Origin: Craspedostauros australis
Taxonomy: Eukaryota
Direction of reading: 5' to 3'
Length of the DNA stretch: 64,000 bases
Assembly (NCBI GenBank): GCA_030167865.1
Contig: JALAGF010002968.1
Coordinates: 1 to 64,000, forward strand
The notes beneath the pieces are model-generated. The model worked only from the letters and a program-made list of their open reading frames with translations. It had not been told where the DNA came from and ran no database searches. This document shows positions 59,370-64,000 of the stretch, piece by piece. A program made the translations under genes and the position numbers. Position 1 is the first letter of the stretch. Each line of letters opens with the position of its first letter.

Positions 59370-60113
59370 CCGTTGCAGCAGCAACAGCAGCAGTGCGAAC
59401 AGAGATACAAATAGTACATCAGAGGCTAGATACGATGTACTAGTAGAATGACACAGTGTTGGCAATGAGAGTGTGCTGATTGACAAGAGCAGCAGCGAAC
59501 TTGGCATGTGAAGAAGGTTCAGCGTTGGTGTTTGGCCTTTCTCTGTGATTCTCTCTAGATTCTTCCGTGAAGTCTACAATAAACCGAATGTGTTCGCATG
59601 TCGGTCACACCGATCCGTGTCAAGTGTTCTCGTGTGTTCCACGGTTTTGGGACATCACCAGGATTCCACCAACCAAAAACTGACGAGGGAGCAATCAACG
59701 CGTCACGTCGGCAGATCCATCACCGCAGTGGCATCAGGTGGCATCAGGTGGTGGTGGTGATGTTGGTTGACACTGAAGCCAATCAAGAGCGCGCAAGGAC
59801 CCCTCCACCGACGCTGAGCAATCAGAGCGAAGCATCCAACCGACCATTGCCACTGAGAGCTTGATTGCGTGCATGGTGACAATAACAGATAGAGTACTGC
59901 AGAGAGAGAGAGAGAGAGTAGAGTTGAGTAGAGTACTTGAAGTACGCATGCGGGTGCGGAGTGGTGGTTGTCACAACGTCGAAAGCAAAGAAACGCATCG
60001 CTCTGCTCGACTCTGCTCGAATTCTGTGCTCCAAGAGAACTGCTGAGTGAAGCACGATCTACATATCGACGATCTGCAAGTCCACGATCGAGACACTGGT
60101 ACGTGCCAACGAT

Positions 60114-61592
60114 ATGGTAACGTCGGAGCAATCCAGCCATCCACATCCCGTGCCGAGGTGCCTCACGAGGAGCAGCAGCGTCAGCAGCACGAGCAGCTCT
60201 CGCAGTGATATCAGTGCGAGCACCAGCATCACCAGCAACACGGGGAATCGGGCCGACAGCGGCAACGGCAAAGGCAGCACTATCATCGTCAGCAACGATA
60301 CTCACAACGACGGCGGCGACAGCGATAGCCAGAACACTGGCATCGATACCAGCTCGGCCATCAGCAGCACTCGCAGTCACACGGCGTCTGGCTTGGCACG
60401 GCAAGGCATACTGGGACGCGCAAGCACGATGATTCCGTTCGTCTCCCTCCTATTCGTGGTGCTGGCGATCGTCCTATCCATGAACAAGGACGTCAGCTTC
60501 GCGACCGCCACAGCACAAGCTTCTGCCGAATCGGCCACACGAAGAGTAAATCCAGGGTCGGCACTCGCATCGGAATCAATTTCAATTTCAGAATTCGCAC
60601 CCACCAAGCGAGGCAAGCCGATCGGCGATTCCTTTGATTCCAAGGCGTTGTATGGGGCATACAAAGAGATCCAGACCGAATACCTGGAACGTGCTTTCGC
60701 GTCGGCGGGATCCGCAACCCAAATGACGAGAACATTGAGCAATGATCGTTGGAAGGTCCTTGTCGAACGCGATGGCATCCAGGTATCCATGATGGAGCAT
60801 GCGTCGGATCCCAACTGTCCCTACGTCCGCATGACGGCGATCATTCCGACCTCCGTCGAAGACTGCTGGGATTTCCTCCAGCTGTCCAATTGGGGTGAAT
60901 CCATGCCCAAGATGGATCCATTCTACGAAAGCGTTGCGGTGTATGGGGAGTTCCAGCATAACAGGGTCCACATGCTGCTGGCTCACAAGCAGACGAAGCG
61001 CATCCTCGCATTCGGAAAGCGCGATTTCGTCTTCCTCTCCGTCTCCGATCGGCCGTTGGCGGACGGAACCCTGGTGTCGGGCACGGTGAGTGTGCAGACG
61101 CCGAAGATACCGCGACAAGCGGGCTACACCCGCGCCTTCCAAGATTCGATCGCATTCTACACGCCGCGGAAGCAAAATCAGGAGACGATGTTGACCATCG
61201 TCTGCCGGATGGACCTCAACGACTCCACGGACGGTGGATCGGGTGGATCCATGCCGATGTGGCTGTACGTCAAGACCATCGGCGCAACAGGTGCCCGATC
61301 CGTGCTGAATATGCGCGAAGCCCTGGTTCAGCGGAAAGAGCAGAGACAGAAGGAAGAAGCTTTGGCGGAAACGACGATGAGAGGGAAGCGTGGAGGGCAA
61401 GGCTTGCAACGCAGACCCAGACCGTTGCGGTGGCTCAAGAAGCGTTGGAGCATTCTCACCGGGAGAATACGAACCTCGTCGAATGAAACCAACGAGGGTG
61501 CGCAGCAGTTGGAAGACTGGGAACCACCTGCATCGCAGCCTGGCGATGCATCAATCGTCACGTCCGCCTTCAACTTGCTGAAATGGTGGTGA
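60114..61592 (+). CDS. START (lipid-binding) domain protein with Ser-rich N-terminus and one TM anchor (492 aa)
   Basis: START-type elements WKVLVERDGIQV, MDPFY, KRDFVFL, AGYTRAF and DL..GGSMPMWL; hydrophobic FVSLLFVVLAIVL. Confidence 0.82.
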   Translation: MVTSEQSSHPHPVPRCLTRSSSVSSTSSSRSDISASTSITSNTGNRADSGNGKGSTIIVSNDTHNDGGDSDSQNTGIDTSSAISSTRSHTASGLARQGILGRASTMIPFVSLLFVVLAIVLSMNKDVSFATATAQASAESATRRVNPGSALASESISISEFAPTKRGKPIGDSFDSKALYGAYKEIQTEYLERAFASAGSATQMTRTLSNDRWKVLVERDGIQVSMMEHASDPNCPYVRMTAIIPTSVEDCWDFLQLSNWGESMPKMDPFYESVAVYGEFQHNRVHMLLAHKQTKRILAFGKRDFVFLSVSDRPLADGTLVSGTVSVQTPKIPRQAGYTRAFQDSIAFYTPRKQNQETMLTIVCRMDLNDSTDGGSGGSMPMWLYVKTIGATGARSVLNMREALVQRKEQRQKEEALAETTMRGKRGGQGLQRRPRPLRWLKKRWSILTGRIRTSSNETNEGAQQLEDWEPPASQPGDASIVTSAFNLLKWW

Positions 61593-63560
61593 ATGGTGCG
61601 TCGATTTATGCCATCCCCTGACAAAAGAGAGCGAATGCTATCGATGTCGAAAGAGGGGAAGCAGAAACTTGGCGGGAGCATCTGACGTACGTATAATGCC
61701 AATACTGCGGCCCTGTGAGCAAATAGTCCCAAGACAGATGTACGTATGGTACGAGTATGGTATGGTGTTTGTAGGTCGAGTGCTCTAACCAAAAGCAACG
61801 CATGCGCAGCACAACTACAGCCCATCATGGGAATGAGTGCGGATGGGTACGAACAGGTACCAACTGAGTACAAAAAGCACGAGCAGTACTCTACGGCATT
61901 CTCTTGGCATCATCCTGTGAGCAGCAGTGGAGCCCGTCGAGGGGTAAACTCACCACATCTTCTGATCTTTGGGACAAGTATAATACATGATTCTACACTG
62001 ATAGGACAGCGTGGAGCGCGACAACCAAGCGGAGTTGAGAGTGTGCAAGGCCGTGGCATAACAGGAGGCGACATCTGCAGAGACCGTCGAAGCACCCAAC
62101 ACCGAAGGGGCTGTGTTGTGAGAATCATTAAGTCGAGTAGATCGTTCGGCACTTTCAGGAATGAACCAGTCTATTGGCCGGCCGAGTCACAGTCTCAATC
62201 TCGTGCGTTTCGGACATCCCTCAATGTGATACACGGGATACTCCGTGGTGCTGTTTGGTGTAATAGTTGCAGATCTGTTCCTGTTCCTGTTGTCGCTGCT
62301 GCCGCTGCTGCTGGCACGAGGGCGATCAATGCATGAGTATTGATTGGGTGCTGGCCACGAACGGTGATGTCCATCTTCACTGGCGAGGAGAGTATCAATG
62401 GTGATACTCCAACACAAGAGGGATTGGACGGCATGCGGTGTCACCCTTGTGTGATTCAATCCCAGGCCCCAAGTCTTTCTCACGTCGGCGATCACGCCAT
62501 TCTCAACATCTCCGTTGGACACCTGGTGCGCGGAACCCCTTGTCGTCATGGTTGATGTTGATGTTGACGTTGACGTTGGTGTTCCAGGTACTTGCGAGCG
62601 GTGACTGTGGTGCCGCTGACGGTCGCTCTTGCGTCAACGTCAACGGCAACGGTATCTGACCTGCATCAACACCAACGCCAACACCAATACCACCAGGCAT
62701 CCATGCACATGCAGACCATTTGGCGCGAACGACAGATTTTGTGAGAGACGAACTTTTGGGTTGACCGAGGCGCGTGTTGTTGTTGGTCCTTGGGCGCGTG
62801 ATCGAAGGAATTCATGAATCAAATTCCCTAATTGCGACAGTGTTGCGACACTGAAGGGCCCATCTCGGTTCGTTTTTGTGTCATGCAAGTACAGCCCGGG
62901 AAGGGGTTCTGGCTTCGCAAGACCGAGGTTCGATGCGCTTCTTGGTCCAAATACCATCGAGTACGAGAACGCCACGCGAGTATGGCGCCATGCCGGGTTG
63001 GACTGTTTCTTGTGTGATCCCACGGTGAACGTTTGACACGACCTGGCACCCCAATCCTTCACAGAGTTACCAGGTTGCCGCGCACGTTCCGCAAGTACGC
63101 GTATTTGCGCGTGCACTCCGCTGTCTGTGTGACACGCAAGACTTCCCACGGATGCAAACAACGCGCGTGTCAGCAAACACCCACTACTGACAGTCCCCCT
63201 TGGCGTTCGCCGGAAGCGTTGATGGTGTTCGAGAAGGGTCAGGGCCTGCGCCTGTAAGTTTGAAACCTGTGAGCTGCTCGTACACATCCGTCGTGACGCA
63301 CCCAAGGACTGCCCAGGCCGCTCTTGACTTCATCGCACATCACATCGACGAATCAGCGGGAACGTCCTTTTGTCGTGTTTCGATGCGATACATTCGCATC
63401 GTGTCAGGCGATCTCACAAAATCAACTTGCACCAACTATCAGTCATCAGCCGTAGAAGCAATTGGAACCAACAAGTATTCATAAATCATCAACATCGAAC
63501 TCATCAACCACCTCATCAACGGTTCCATCATCCACAACGACACAACGACACAACAACACA

Positions 63561-64000
63561 ATGACACCGCAAGCATCACAAATCACAATGGAATTCAACA
63601 ACACTGGAAGCAGCAGCATGAGTTCATCCTGCAAATCCGTCCAGTTCAAATCCACCATCCGCGTACGCCGCATCGAGCGCTTGGACGCAGCCCTGTGGTA
63701 CTCGCCTCAAGAGGTTCGGGCATTCCGACAGGAAGATGCGCAGATCGTCCACCTCATGAATCACAATGTGATCACGCCGAGGATGGAGGACGAGTTCGAT
63801 GAGTACTGCACAAGAGGACTCGAATCCAGAACGTGCTCCGGCCTGCGAAGGAAGCAGCGCAACCGCCTGCACGCATCCCGCACGGTGATGGAGGAGCAGG
63901 AGGATCAGTTCATCGAGCGGATGGCGGACGCAGACTTCCTTGCGGATCTGTACGCCTCGGTATCAGCCCATGCCCAAAAGGAGGCACGGCAGATGGCATT
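63561..64000 (+). CDS. Diatom-expanded uncharacterised family protein, 3'-truncated by window edge
   Basis: ACAATG start; open to the end of the window. SVQF..IRVR..LWYS..E..F..C.RGLE..V.EEQ.DQ..LA..Y..VS..A is a pattern I recall from an abundant diatom family. Not in the ORF track because it has no stop. Confidence 0.78.
   Translation, partial: MTPQASQITMEFNNTGSSSMSSSCKSVQFKSTIRVRRIERLDAALWYSPQEVRAFRQEDAQIVHLMNHNVITPRMEDEFDEYCTRGLESRTCSGLRRKQRNRLHASRTVMEEQEDQFIERMADADFLADLYASVSAHAQKEARQMA

Noticed and set aside
61746-63480. ORFs 61746-62336 and 62640-63305
   Set aside because: No recognisable motifs or coding-like codon usage; treated as intergenic.
1-64000. CRISPR arrays, rRNA/tRNA genes, prokaryotic operons or bacterial contamination
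   Set aside because: No regularly spaced repeats or RNA gene signatures were seen by eye. The bacterial-like genes are intron-bearing or embedded among spliced eukaryotic genes.

Overview
Eukaryotic nuclear DNA, most likely from a pennate diatom. This rests on GT-AG introns of about 180-430 bp, CAG/CAA and GA microsatellites, several diatom-typical protein families and an ASAFAP-like plastid presequence. About 20 protein-coding genes can be supported, eight of them spliced models that I rebuilt by hand from donor/acceptor sites and reading-frame phase. They include Nse4, a YtaF/MntP-like membrane protein, an 862-aa protein with EreA/ChaN/TraB-like motifs resembling a giant-virus family, and a cis-prenyltransferase. 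Next come a head-to-head pair of bHLH-PAS factors (RITMO1/bHLH1a-1b class), an HBD plus archaeal-type RNase H and an Unkempt-like CCCH protein. Further along are a three-exon EmrE-like SMR transporter missed by the ORF track, DUF4050, PI-PLC-X, TMEM184, two large disordered S/R-rich proteins, a plastid-targeted unknown, a NIPA-like transporter and a START protein. The most notable observations are the intron-containing SMR with a presequence and an extra TM2 glutamate, the virus-like hydrolase-motif protein, and the divergent bHLH-PAS pair with two clusters of TGACGT (aureochrome-type) sites between the genes. No rRNA, tRNA, CRISPR array or intact transposon was recognised. All family calls come from motif recognition by eye, not from database searches.
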